In this document: positions 1-11,862 of the stretch, one piece after another
How the letters are laid out: every line of letters starts with the position of its first letter
How positions within the stretch are numbered: position 1 is the first letter of the stretch
Source of the DNA: Basidiobolus meristosporus CBS 931.73
Taxonomy: Eukaryota > Fungi > Basidiobolomycota
Direction of reading: 5' to 3'
DNA: 41,900 nucleotides
NCBI GenBank assembly: GCA_002104905.1
Contig: MCFE01000726.1
Location: 1 to 41,900, forward strand
Program-made: the position numbers and the translations under genes
Notes under the pieces: model-generated
What the model saw: only the letters and a program-made list of their open reading frames with translations
Told to the model about the DNA's origin: nothing
Databases searched by the model: none

Positions 1-440
1 ACTGGCCATTTTGGCAAACCAAAAAGAAGTAGGATCCTTTGCAACCGTATCTGCCATTCACTAGACACAGGGCTCCAAGGGCGACAGTGGAGTCCGGTTG
101 ATTTGTACTAGTGATGGTTGTAGTACTAGGCTCGGAGGTGGTTGTCTTAGTGGTGGTCGGTTTAGTGCTAGTGATTGTTGATGATTTAAAGTTGCTAGTG
201 GCAGACTTAGTATTGGTTGATGTCGTCGTAGTAGTCTTGATGGTGGTTTGGGCTCTTGCAGTTAGGGCAGAATGCAGCGTATGCAGGATGATCACAACAA
301 TTGCCAGCACAGATATTCTAGAGGAGCCAGTTTGACATTGATAGAGGTTTTGGCCTTCGCAGTAGTAGGAGGCACCACTATTTCGATTGCATGACACCGA
401 GGGCAAGCTGCAAGTACAGTAGTAGTGGAGGCGTAGGTTC
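1..440 (-). pseudogene. Partial, probably frameshifted Ser/Thr-rich protein with Cys-rich modules (CBM19-like chitin-binding resemblance); runs off the window start
   Basis: Minus-strand frame reads ...GASYYCEGQNLYQCQTG...TTIKTTTTTSTNTKSATS...STVALGALCLVNGRYGCKGSYFFLVCQNGQ to base 1. A Cys-rich stretch CAGNCCDHPAYAAFCPNC lies in a different frame near 260-320. No clean ATG/signal peptide found. Confidence 0.35.
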
Positions 441-889
441 AAACACCGTTGTTTTCCTTCGTTTGGGAGTGAGAAATTTATGACAAATGCACATTCAAGT
501 GGACATGACTCCTTATGATAGGGAATTGGTGATTTGAATCACGAAGATGCCAATATATGGCATGCATTATTGTTATTGTCCTGTATATATATATATGCTT
601 CACAGGATGATTTTTTACCTGTTAGTAGCAATAGTCAATATATTGAACTGGAGTAATAATAGTGGGCGCACGGAGTATCCTAGAACAGATCAGGGATCAA
701 AGACTAGTCACTGGCCATCAATGTAGCCGATCAAGCCAGTGTATGTGTATTGGTGATAATCTACCAATTGGTTCCATTAGATTGCACTCTCTACGGCGGG
801 TGTTTGAAATCTCTAACCTACTCGTTATATCCTTATGGTTCAATTCAAGTTGAAAGATGTTTATTGGCATTGAACGCAATTATAGTAAC

Positions 890-1420
890 CTATGCTTGAC
901 GAGCAAAATTTTGGGTCCAGTAGTTACCTTTGGCGACATAGCCAGAGCCAAAGTGGGTATATTGTGAGCTAAGAATATTGCTACGATGACCGGGAGAGTT
1001 CATCCAGCCCTTCATCACCGCATCGATGCTTCCATATCCCTTGGCTACATTCTCACCCAAAGCCCTCCATTTAAACCCGGTTTCGGAGACACGAGTGCTA
1101 AGAGGCCTGCCAGGCTCGTCATGAGTCATCTGGCCAACGCGAGCCTGATAATCAGTATGCTTTTGAGCGGAAAGCACCAGGCGGTTATCGAGCTTTAAGG
1201 CGGTTTTACCATTGAGCTGGCGTTGTCGGTTGACCAGTTCGAGCATCTTTTGTACGTCGCCATTCCCAGAGCCGGTCTGAGGAGGCGAGGTAGGGAACCT
1301 CTGAGAGCTACGGTTCGGAATTCTTACCGAATGACCAATTGGGGCAGCGAATACCAGCACCGCTTGAAGAACAAGTGAAATGAGACATATGGCAGTAAAC
1401 CAGCTCTTCATAGTTTTCAC
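890..1420 (-). CDS. Secreted CAP/SCP (cysteine-rich secretory/PR-1 superfamily) protein, intronless, bacterial YkwD-like type
   Basis: 176 aa. Hydrophobic N-terminal signal peptide; motifs LELVNRQR, AQKHTDYQA, GENVAKG, WMNSPGHRSNIL, YWTQNF. TATAAAA about 40 nt upstream (1459-1465, minus strand). Confidence 0.92.
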   Translation of the reverse strand: MKTMKSWFTAICLISLVLQAVLVFAAPIGHSVRIPNRSSQRFPTSPPQTGSGNGDVQKMLELVNRQRQLNGKTALKLDNRLVLSAQKHTDYQARVGQMTHDEPGRPLSTRVSETGFKWRALGENVAKGYGSIDAVMKGWMNSPGHRSNILSSQYTHFGSGYVAKGNYWTQNFARQA

Positions 1421-2085
1421 TTAGAAGGAATACTCTTCTCTATCGGAAGGTTGGGTTCTTTTATAGCTTAACTCGCCATAAGGGTACGATCCATGATCGG
1501 TTGTACAGCTTTATTCAATTAAGCAGCTTCAGCATAGTAGGATTCAGGAAGTGCAAATTTCTATACAAAGAGGCATACGAGCTGATGATACATTATGTAG
1601 AAGCTGCTATAGGTGCCTGAAAGCAGCTCACATGTTGGCGAGAGTTGGGTGAATCAAGTACGTAATGTAGTACATGCTAAAGAATTGTGTTACATTCGAA
1701 TAAAGGAGGCGCCATCTAGGGTACTTGACATAGCATCAATCAGCTAGTCTCTCGCTTCAGTCTGTTTAAATTCAATAAGGCTACCCTGATGATGATCGTT
1801 TGTACCGTAGTAGCCGATAATCGTGTAAGCGCTATCGTTAAATCCTATCTGAAACCACCATAGAATAAACGTCAGTTCGGAACACTTCTATGCGTAAAGT
1901 GGCAGCCGTATTAATACTGAATCGTTTTTTACGGAATGCAACTGAATTGGTTGATTGGTCTTAGCTAGAGTTGGCTATCCATATCTTTAGGACACAAATC
2001 TCAGAATAGACCAGTAACCATTACAAATATTCCAAATGAGGTAGACCGACTGATATACTCTTCAGTTATTGGATTGGGATCTTCC

Positions 2086-2194
2086 CTACTTCGAAAATCG
2101 CGGTTACAGTGTTCTACTTCGAAAATCGCGGTTACAGTGTTCTACTTCGAAAATCGCGGTTACAGTGTTCTACTTCGAAAATCGCGGTTACAGT
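2086..2194. repeat. Tandem repeat, 28-bp unit CTACTTCGAAAATCGCGGTTACAGTGTT, about 3.9 perfect copies
   Basis: Copies start at 2086, 2114, 2142 and 2170; the last is truncated at 2194. Confidence 0.97.
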
Positions 2195-3825
2195 ATTTAT
2201 CGAAGCTTGAGGGCCGATGTTAGACGCATAGAACAATACTCAGAGGGGATGGGGATTTAGGATATATAAAGCCATTCGAATCGCAGAATCTTGAATAATC
2301 ACAACATAATTCATTATCTCATCATGATTAAAATATCAATTGCCTTCACCTGTGCCACTCCTAACTACGAGTGCATTGCCAACCTCCACGGTGAGTGAAG
2401 TGGCTCAGCTTCAGAATCACACCGAGGTACCAAAGCTCCAGAGTAACCTTGCCGAGATCACCAATTTCTCAGCAAGCTCCAAATATATTCATCATGAAGT
2501 AGAATGCTGGAGAAATAACTCTATCATTCGGATATTTATCGATAACTGTATAAGGAACATTTGGGCTATTTTGCTTACCTGGGGATAAAAGCCACGAATT
2601 TTTTGCAAGTATTCTTCCAAAATTTCAATACCTTCGCCTCAGGACTGAACATAGTACTCTTAGTCAGAGTGGCATAGATTTGTGGACAGAAAAAGGTTTC
2701 CAACTCCAAGGTACCCCATTTTCCGTGATGTAGAAGATTTTTGTATAATTTCCAAGCGTACTGCATCAACCTTAGGGAGGGTATCTATTTTGATTGCTTC
2801 TCCCGGGTTCGGTAGTAACCTCCAGTAGAACGGGATTAATGTTATGCTTACTAATACGATGCTGCCAAATATACTCCATCACACATAGTAAGGTGATTCG
2901 GGAAAACGACTACTTCTTTTATAATTCCACAAATAGTCGTTATTTTGTCCTGCCTGAGGCATTTCCATACGCTCCGCCTTTTTAGTCGACTTGCATGTAT
3001 GGATTCATGAATGATCGGATTGAATCTCTGATCTCAAAAATACAATGTAACTTGTCAACTTAAGTAGATAGCATGAACATTACGCTCACAAATCATATTT
3101 GAAGACATAACACATACATCATATACACATGAAACATTCCACTCAAATCATCCTTTTTTTGCATTTGAAACCTGAATCTAACCAGTGGTCCATCAATGAG
3201 CCCTAAGATCTGTTTCTATTGATTGCACGAAGTCCAGATTTGAGGATCTGCATGGATTCATTCACTTGATCGAAACTCCCTTTGATGCTCAATCATGCTC
3301 AGTAATTGGATTCAAACTCTTCATGGAACTACAAGGTCGATGGGAGAGGAGGGCCGTACATCAACATCTATACCAAATGCAATGATACCAACAAAATGTC
3401 TTTTGTCTTTTCTTAGGATAACACTAGTAACTGTATTGAAACTCTTCGTCGCTTGAATGACTGCTGGTTCCGCAGTTCTATCGAGGCTGGAGGCCTGATA
3501 AACTCGTCACAATTGTGTCTATGATATTGCTGATGTATAAAAATGGCGCAAGCTCTGGCTCGAAAAATCATCTCTGCATCATGGTAAAAGTCTCAACCAC
3601 TCTCTCATATGTCACTACTAGTGTACCACATTAATTTCCACGGTAAATACAACTACACAGCCACGAAACCACACCGAAGTGCTCAAGTGAACTTCATCAT
3701 GGAAGGCCAGCTAATCTACAAAGCATAGATACCAAAAGATGTTCAGCAGCATACCATCACAAAGAGCAATAGGAATAAGTCGGACTTTTATTTATTCATC
3801 TCTCGGTATTCTGGAAAAAACAACG

Positions 3826-3937
3826 TGGTTGTTTCTTCACTAGTCATGCGTAATGGTTGTTTCTTCACTAGTCATGCGTAATGGTTGTTTCTTCACTAGT
3901 CATGCGTAATGGTTGTTTCTTCACTAGTCATGCATAA
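3826..3937. repeat. Tandem repeat, 28-bp unit TGGTTGTTTCTTCACTAGTCATGCGTAA, 4 copies
   Basis: Copies start at 3826, 3854, 3882 and 3910; the last has one mismatch at 3934. Confidence 0.97.
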
Positions 3938-5220
3938 AAGGGATACATCGAAGGAGGTGTGTGTTGGATACCAAAGTTGGATAATTTTGATCTCTACGAT
4001 GAGTCACACCAGTTGCGTAATGCGTGTAAGACGTTGGTAAGTGTTTTGATGGGTAAACTTGACCCAATCACTCATGGTTGTTTACTCTTGCCACAAGGTG
4101 GCACAAGTATGTTCGTGAGCGGGAATCAGTAACACTACGTGCGGTTAAACAGTCCCCACAGGCCCGATGAGGAGGCAGATTTTAAGCTTATTATGCACGT
4201 TGGAGTTGCTGCACATTCAAACCATGTTCTCGAGGTCTTCAGCTTAGCGTAAGCATGGGCCTATCATGAGAATTTTCCCGACCAACCCACGCGCACAAAT
4301 CAAGCCCATATCATCAATCTTATCTACACGGTAGCTGCTTCCATGCCCACGATGATTGGATGTCTTAAAAATAGCCTCGCCTTTATATAGTTAATGTGAG
4401 TAAACACACGAAAACACCAGCGGACTTTACGTGTCTCTGCTCGTGAAGACGGGTGCGGCAGAATGGCACCATATTTAGTCTAGATGGAATATATCAAAGT
4501 TACGCCAATCGAACTGGTCTTCTCTGGGGTAACGCCCAGCAAGATTCCGGCTCATCCAAGGCAAGGTGAGTGCCAAAAATGGCTTCGGAAAATGGGATCA
4601 AGTCGGTCCAAAAATCTGCCAAGGGATTTTGGGATTTCGGGATTTTGTTGATATTGACTCAAAAAGTGATCCATCCGTTGCTCCTTAAAACATTCGAAGT
4701 TACACCGCCCGCGGCCACTGCAAAACAACCGACTTTCTTCCGCGTGATATCTCGCTGGCCTTATTGACACTCTACCTTGTACTTCTACCAGCCACCGTTC
4801 TCTTTCCCCAGCTCCTCCCGCGACGTAGTTTTTGCCTCTTCTCGGAGCCTCCTATAACGCTTCCCCCATGTTTGTACATAAGAATTCACAAAGCCAAGTA
4901 GCCACCACCTCATCGGTTAGTATCTCGAGGAACTGAGGGGGAAACACAAACTCACACGGGTTTTTTTGCACACAGGCACTCACTCGGTCGGAATACGTAA
5001 AGCCTCGGCAGAACGAGAGCAAAGATTCCCCGCCTGTCTCCATAGGGGAGGGGAGTTCCGAACAGGTACCGTTCGCCCAGCCTCCTGTGCACCGGAGTGA
5101 TTTGTTTCGATGCAGATTACTCAAGCACTGTTCTATCTCTAGGGTGGCTCCTTCAACTCGGAGGAGGTTTCTTTCACCTCGTACAGTTCCTTCACCGTCA
5201 AACCCAAGAGCATCAAACCA

Positions 5221-6836
5221 ATGGACCTTCGTTCCCTCCAATCTTACTCTGTACTCACCACCCCTGAGAAAAAACGTTTCAGTAAGCACCTTCACCGTAG
5301 ATCCAGAACCCTCACTTCGATTGACTGACGTCGATGCTCTCTTGAACTTAGGTAACCTCAATGTTTCTACACTGGTCAGCCCTGTGACTTCCCTCTTTAA
5401 CTTGGAGAGGAAGGTGGAGGGGTCGAAGCATTCGGAGGTGGATACCATTCGCGGACCCCGCTACGACGCCATTGGTGTGCACCATGGTATGCCAGCGAAG
5501 ACAGAACCCGAGCTAGCATCCAGGAAATCCACCAGCCTACCTAGACCATCACTTGACGCGTTACTAGAGAGTTTCCATGAGCAAGGGTATGATTATGCTG
5601 GAGCCCATGAACAAAGCAGCGAGGTCAGGGAAGAGGAAGAGGACGACACCCAAATGGAGCTATTGGCGAGCGCCCTCTCCGCTGCCGAAGGCTTCCATAT
5701 TCTAGGCCTGAACGAGTTCAAACTGCTGAGCCAGGTAAGTGGGATGTTTCTCTCGTTCGGTGGCCACCCAAGCGTCTCACCAAATCCCGTGTTAGGATTA
5801 CCTGGAGCACACCATCTCCATGGAAACCTTGAAGACTAAGCTCGAGCAGGAGCTGAAATTCCGGGAGGGGGCCACCTCCATGGTAACCGTACAGACCGAT
5901 AAGAAGATGCTGGAGCAAGCGCAGGAGGAGCTGGCCAGTTCCGAGCGTAAGGTGAACCAGTTCTCTTCGGAGCTATGGCGCGTGTCGCAATCCGCAAACC
6001 TCCTGGAGAGGAGGTGCATGCAACATGTCGCTGGGGTTTTGGCAAGCTCCATACGCCAAGGCACCGCTCGAAGGATTGTCCAGCCTAGCTCCAGTAAGCA
6101 AACCCCTGAGGTTTCACTCGATGGTCTGTCAATGATGAGCACTCAGTTGAACGAGATGAGCAACCAACTCAGCTCCTTCGTTAAATCCCAGACCACGATG
6201 AAACTGTCTCAACAAACCGAGGCGGAGATCGAGAACGCCAAGTTGAGGGAATCGCTGAAGCAGGCATCATTAGAACGGGACCAGTATAAGAAGGAGTTGG
6301 AGGATCTGAAGCTGAAGAATCGGCAGTACCAGGTGTCGAACCAAGACCTGCCCGCGCTCGGCGAAGAGGAGAAGGACCAGATGATCCACAGACTGCGTCA
6401 AACGGTTGACGAGTGTCTGCATGACATATCCCAATTGAGCGACGAGAAGGCGGAGATCCTAACGAACCTGAAGTACCTTTACCATCGACTACCGGACGTC
6501 TCACTCTCCCGGGAGAGTTCCGTCTCCTCGAAACTCTCCTCCAATAGCGAGTTCGACGGGAAGAAATTCACCGACCGTATAGACAAGCTGGTCCAGGAGA
6601 ATCACCGACTCATGGACCGTGTGGTGAAATTACAGCACAAGAGCCAGTTCGCCAAGGTCGATCGAAGGGGCGCCCTCTCACCGAAGGACAGGCCCCACGG
6701 CTTTTACTCGAACAAGAGTAGCTCTAACCCACGCATCTGGCTCGAGCAGTCCAGCAGTGACGAGGAAGACTCCCTGTACGACCAAGAGGAGTCCATCACC
6801 TCACTTGGCGCCTCGCTGCAAAACCAAACCTTGTGA
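5221..6836 (+). CDS. Up-regulated-during-septation (Uds1-type) domain coiled-coil protein, paralog 1
   Basis: Exons 5221-5281, 5352-5734, 5796-6836 (GT-AG introns; 494 aa in frame). Domain signature FHILGLNEF...LKTKLEQELKFREGATSM...ELWRVSQ...RCMQHVAGVL, followed by coiled coil. Confidence 0.8.
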
Positions 6837-7193
6837 TTCCCCTGCCTCTCCTTTTTCCCCTCCCGACATATTCATAGCCATCCTCTTCCCTGCATCAAAC
6901 TCTACTTATTCCCCTGGGTGTGTGGTTGATCCCACACATTGGCCAAGTCGCACCAGATATCTTTGTCAACCATTGTACACCCACGTATAGTTCAACTTTG
7001 ATAACCAATATAGTCAGTTCAATCCATGTTTGATGGTGATTTATTTGGATTTGGATTCTGGAATTTGGATATACATGTAGACGTATATATCAGTTGGCTA
7101 ATAGTTGCTGGTACTTCTAGTGGTTCGCGTTCTAGGGAAACGCTGGCCCAACTGGCCGGGGTCCGGGTCACCGCTCGTAGGGGCATCCTCGAC

Positions 7194-10100
7194 TCAACGG
7201 AATCTGGTCAAGTCTAGGGGGAATCGACTTCCCGTCCCGCCACTGGGGTACATCTTCCTACCGAAGCCACCGTACTTCTGCGGGTTCGCGGGACCCGGTA
7301 ACTCGTGGTCAGATAGGAACGTCCATTCGCTACGGCCCCCCGAATGGTTGGCCATTGGCGCGGGTGGCACGGGTAGGGCCATCTTGGGGGAGGTTGAATT
7401 TGGTAATGATGGTGGGGCGGGGAGGGAGAACCCTGGTTTGTTGCCGGGTGCCGTTGGTGGTGGTGGCGGGGGAGGTGGTGGTGGAGCAGAAGGTGCTGAT
7501 GAGGTTTTAACTGCATGTGGCGGTGGTGGTGGTGGCAGAGTGGTAGGTGGGAAGCCAGCTCTAGGTCCGGATGTAGCACCGCCAGCTGGTGGTGGCGGCG
7601 GCGGCGGTGGTGGTGGTGGTGGGGCAGAGGGCGAAGATGTAGCATTTCCTCCGGAGAATCCTGGTTTGCTGCCGGGTGCCGTTGGTGGTGGTGGTAGGGC
7701 TGATGGTGGGGGGCAAGGCGGGGGAGGTGGTGGTGGAGCAGAGGGTGCTGATGAGGTTTTAACTGCATGTGGCGGTGGTGGTGGTGGTAAAGTAGTAGGT
7801 GGGAAGCCAGCTCTAGGTACAGATGAATGATCTGGTGGAAGACCAACACATGGTATTGGCGAGGGAGGAAGTGGTGCAGATGCCTTAACCGGTGGTGGTG
7901 GCGGGGGGAGGGTAGTGGGTGGGAAGCCAGATTTGGGTCCAGATGGAGCACTACCAGCTGGTGGAGGAGGAGGCGGTGGTGGTGGTGGAGCAGTAGGAGG
8001 GTTGCCAACTCTGGATCCCAGTGATGCAGCAGGAACCGGTGGAGGTGGCGGAGGGTTAGAAGGTGAGCGACTGGTGCGGGCCCCCATAGCTGGCGGTGGC
8101 GGTGGAGGCAAGGTTGAGGGTGGGAAGCCTGCTCTCGATATCGGTGCTGGAGGAATGAATTTAGGTGCTTGTGAACTGGAAGCGTTGGTCAAATTTTCAG
8201 GAACCGGGGGAGCGGGCGGTATACTTCCTGTAGATGCGCTTCTAGAATGACCACGTTCGGAATCGGACTCCAACGGTTCTGAAGCTCCCTGAGGAATGGG
8301 TGGTGGCGGTGGTGGAAGCGGAGCTCCTGGCGCCTTACCAACAGAACTACTACGAGAGCGATTGGCAGATAAAAACGGAAGATTGGAGACCGCGGACATG
8401 TGGGGGGAAGGTGCCCTGTTTTGATGGTTGGTTTCCTCACCGGAGGTTGAGTTACCTGGTTTTATGAATGGAGGGGTCCTTGCATTTGACAAGCTACGGA
8501 TTCGATTTGCCACAGAAACCCTAGGGCTCTCATCTTCTTCATCATCGTTGCCGGCGCTCTCCACGTTTGCGGCAAATGCCGGCGGTGGTGGTGGTGGTAG
8601 ATTTGAGGCAGGGGCTTTGCCGATGGAGGAACTACGAGCGCGTCCAAGATTTCGTTGCCAGGCAGGAAGTGCGCTACCACCGTTGGATGGAGATTCTCTG
8701 CCCGATGCCGAGGCAGTGGGGGCGCTCTTTTTGATGAACGGAGGCACTGGTTTACCAAAAGATTTTGGTGGAGATGGGATACCGTGGGCCGCATCGCTGT
8801 CATTTGCGTCCGATTCCTCCGACTCTGGTTGGCTGTGAGTATTGGGTGGCGATGACATGGAATCCGTCGCATCGTTCTCCCTCTTGTTAGATGAGATATG
8901 GTTCACCGGTTTCAGATTGGCCCGAAGGAAAGATGGAGTCGACTGGGATTCGGAGCTGGCGGAAGAGTTTTGCAACCACCTTTGCTGAACTGATGGGGCC
9001 TTACTGGTTGCTGACAACCAAGTCGACGCTGTCTTGGGTGCGCCACCGGCAAGCTTCGCTTTCGAGCTGGTCACGTTATTGACGGTACCAAATTTACTCG
9101 CAGAATTGACAAACAAGGGCTTGGTGGCAGTGACAGGGGAGGGGGATCGGGAGGTTACCAAGGGGGTCTTCGCCTTTTCTTGTGATCCTTCGGAATCGGA
9201 AGTGGGTGTGGCTCGCGCTGCTTTTTTAAGAAACGGTAGCGCAGGTGAGACTGTAGACGAGTAAGAGTTTGAATTCAAGGCTTTTGACGTAGGCATGCTG
9301 GCGGTCATATCTGGACTGGGAGGTTGAACCGGAGGCGGAGTTGGTGCTGAGCGTGTTGGGGGTGTGAGTGCAGGACTCTGGGGAGGACGAGGTGATGGTG
9401 GTGGGGGAATAGAGTGGTTCGAGTGGGGTGGTGGTGGCGGTGGCATCGCTGGTGCTGAGCGCACAGGAAGACTAGGAGTGGAGCCTGGCACTGGTTGAGG
9501 TGGTGGTGGTGGAGCTGAGCGAGTAGGAAGGCCAGGCGGTGGATGTGGGGCTGAATGAGGTGGTGGTGGTGGAGCTGAGCGAGTGGGAAGGCTAGGTGGT
9601 GGGTTTGGAGCTGGATGAGGTGGTGGAGGCGGAGGTGCTGAGCGTGTAGGAAGGCCTGGGGGTGGGGCTGAAGGTGCTGAACGTGTAGGTAGGCTAGGTG
9701 GGGCTGGAGTTGCTCTTTGTGCTGGATGAGGTGGAGGTGGCGGAGGTGCTGAGCGTGTGGGAAGGCCGGGAGGCGGTGGTGGAGCGGGCGTTGAACGCGA
9801 TGGCAAAGCAGGGCTTCTTGCTGGCGGTGGGTTGCCTCTATTGGGAGGCGGTGGTGGTGGTGGCATTGGGTGTGAAGGTGCCGAGAAGCTTTCTTTAGGT
9901 GGTACGGGAGGGACAGCAACTGCCGGGCGAGAGGGACGTGGAACACCGAACGGAGGTTGTGGTGGATTTGGTACGCTACTCGTAGGTGCTGATCTTGTAG
10001 GCAAGGATGGCTGAGGTACTGAGCGCGCGGGGGCTGTAGGAACCTTTGGTGGAGCAAAAGATGTCGCGGGAGACGAGCCTATCGGAGAAAACGACACTAC

Positions 10101-10463
10101 AATTAATAAAAATCATCAAAGCGCAAGTATAGAATCGCTACTGACCCTCGTTTAATCGTCCAGTGTCAACTCCACCACGACTCTTTAGCTTTGGCATTCC
10201 TTGAGCAAAGAGGCCACCTAAACCAGCTGGAGGTCCGACAGGTGCATCTCTCGAGCCTTGACTACTATGCATAGGTTCGGCGGAAGCTGGAGAAGATTTG
10301 GCGCCTAAGTTAAGGAAACAGCAACTTTTAGTACAACAGTACTAGGGAGGTTCAAGCCTGGGTCTTTACCTCCACCGGCCACTTGGGGTGCAGATCTATC
10401 ATTGGTAACAGTTTGTTTTAACTTCCTCCCTTTGTGAATCTCATTCAGTAAAGAGGAATTCAT
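7194..10463 (-). CDS. VRP1: Verprolin / WASP-interacting protein (WIP)
   Basis: Exons 10463-10370, 10304-10146, 10096-7194 (1051 aa). WH2 motif LLNEIHKGRKLKQTVTNDRSAP, second motif GLGGLFAQGMPKLK, long polyproline body, C-terminal WASP-binding-like EWTFLSDHELPGP...KMYPSG. A further 5' exon is possible. Confidence 0.88.
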
Positions 10464-11019
10464 TGTTTAGGCGAGGTAAAAGAATAGGTTGGCGCTTGAT
10501 TGACCAAGTGTATATGTATAAGCGGGGATGATAGTGTCAGAGTAAAGCTTGGCAATGGATCGAAATATTGCTGAGAGGATGTGCTACGGTTCAGGTTTGA
10601 ATGAGTCTTTTTGTGCGATCAATTCTTGGCAAACCCGGGTGAATTTTTCCTCGGCAAGCATGAATTAGCCAAAATGAAGCTCTTCGAGGTGATGCGCATT
10701 CAAAGGTTTTAGTGTTTAGTATTGGTTCAAAACTGATGATAAGGTGACGTTACTTGAATCACAATATTCGGCTGCAGTATCAATATAGCCAGCCGCCCAA
10801 AATTCCCGCTATCGTAACCAAATCATCCCATCAATCAAATCGTTTTGCCGATTTACCGAACTGCTTCATTTGGCTCGTCCTTATATCATACTGACAATTT
10901 TGCCGCCAAACAGTGGAGTTGTGCTGTGTGTGGAAAGTCAACTGAAGTGATGTTTATTTGGGGTTGAATAGAATGAGGTTAATGAATGTGAAGCCATGGA
11001 TCCTTGTGCGGCATTTTAT

Positions 11020-11241
11020 CTAAGCAAGAGGGCTGATCATGCGGATAAGGGAGGGTTTAGGCGTACTTCTGGTGAAGCCTGGTTTCAATGGGATTTGTGT
11101 TAGCTCAACTATTGACGAATGCAAGTTTGGGCGCGCCGGGGACTTACCGAGGTAAATGATGAAAGGAATGAACCCGATATGCACGATGCGCTTGGTGATG
11201 TCGGTGGCACGAAGGATCAATTCTTTGGTCTCGTCTCTCAT
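11020..11241 (-). CDS. TOM7: Mitochondrial outer membrane translocase subunit Tom7
   Basis: Exons 11241-11148 and 11078-11020 (69-nt intron) give 50 aa: MRDETKELILRATDITKRIVHIGFIPFIIYLGFTRSTPKPSLIRMISPLA, a typical Tom7 pattern. Confidence 0.93.
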   Translation of the reverse strand: MRDETKELILRATDITKRIVHIGFIPFIIYLGKSPARPNLHSSIVELTQIPLKPGFTRSTPKPSLIRMISPLA

Positions 11242-11862
11242 GTTGCAGTTAGTTCAGGAACAGGTAACCATGAACATTAAAGCATCTTTATCTTTTCAAG
11301 ATAGAATTTTTCTGAATGTACCGGGGACCAATGCGGGGGTGAGTAGACGGTTTAAGCTAAACTAGATTCGCCGTAAGCTGGCCAAACAAAGCACGAACTA
11401 AACGATCGTGATTAAATAAAGCATACAGGTCGGAGATTTCAGACTGGCAATATATGCAACGTGCATGAAAGTTTCCTATTCTTTCGGTGGAAATACACAC
11501 ATCTGCTTCCCTAGCTTTATGGGACGTAGCTGGATCAATAGGTACTTCAGCCTGCATTAGGATGAATTGAAGGGGGAATTTGATTGATGTGACAATGCTT
11601 CGAGGTAATATATAAAATACGCACACTGGAAAAATCCGCTCAAAATATTTGGCCGCTTCCCCCTTTCTTCTTGCATCCACCGAGATTCTTTCCCCCTAAA
11701 TCAACCACCTTAAAAGCTTGCCTCTCCTAAATCGTCCCCTTTGGTAACGGAGACCAGCTTTTTTCACCGTCACGATATCGTACCACCTTTGCCACCAAAC
11801 CGGTTACGTGAACATCCACTTGGTCCGTTTGTAGCGTTTCTATGCGTTGCTAGAATACTCTG

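Noticed and set aside
2086-3937. 28-bp repeats as CRISPR arrays
   Set aside because: Units are directly adjacent with no unique spacers, there are no cas genes, and the context is eukaryotic.
4552-5448. Track ORFs 4552-4770, 4570-4767, 4852-5448 and the 5087 start
   Set aside because: No recognisable domains. They overlap the promoter and first intron of the Uds1-like gene, whose true start (5221) is supported by paralog alignment.
7105-10057. His-rich and Gly-rich ORFs overlapping verprolin
   Set aside because: Alternative-frame and antisense shadows of polyproline codons (CCA/CCG runs).
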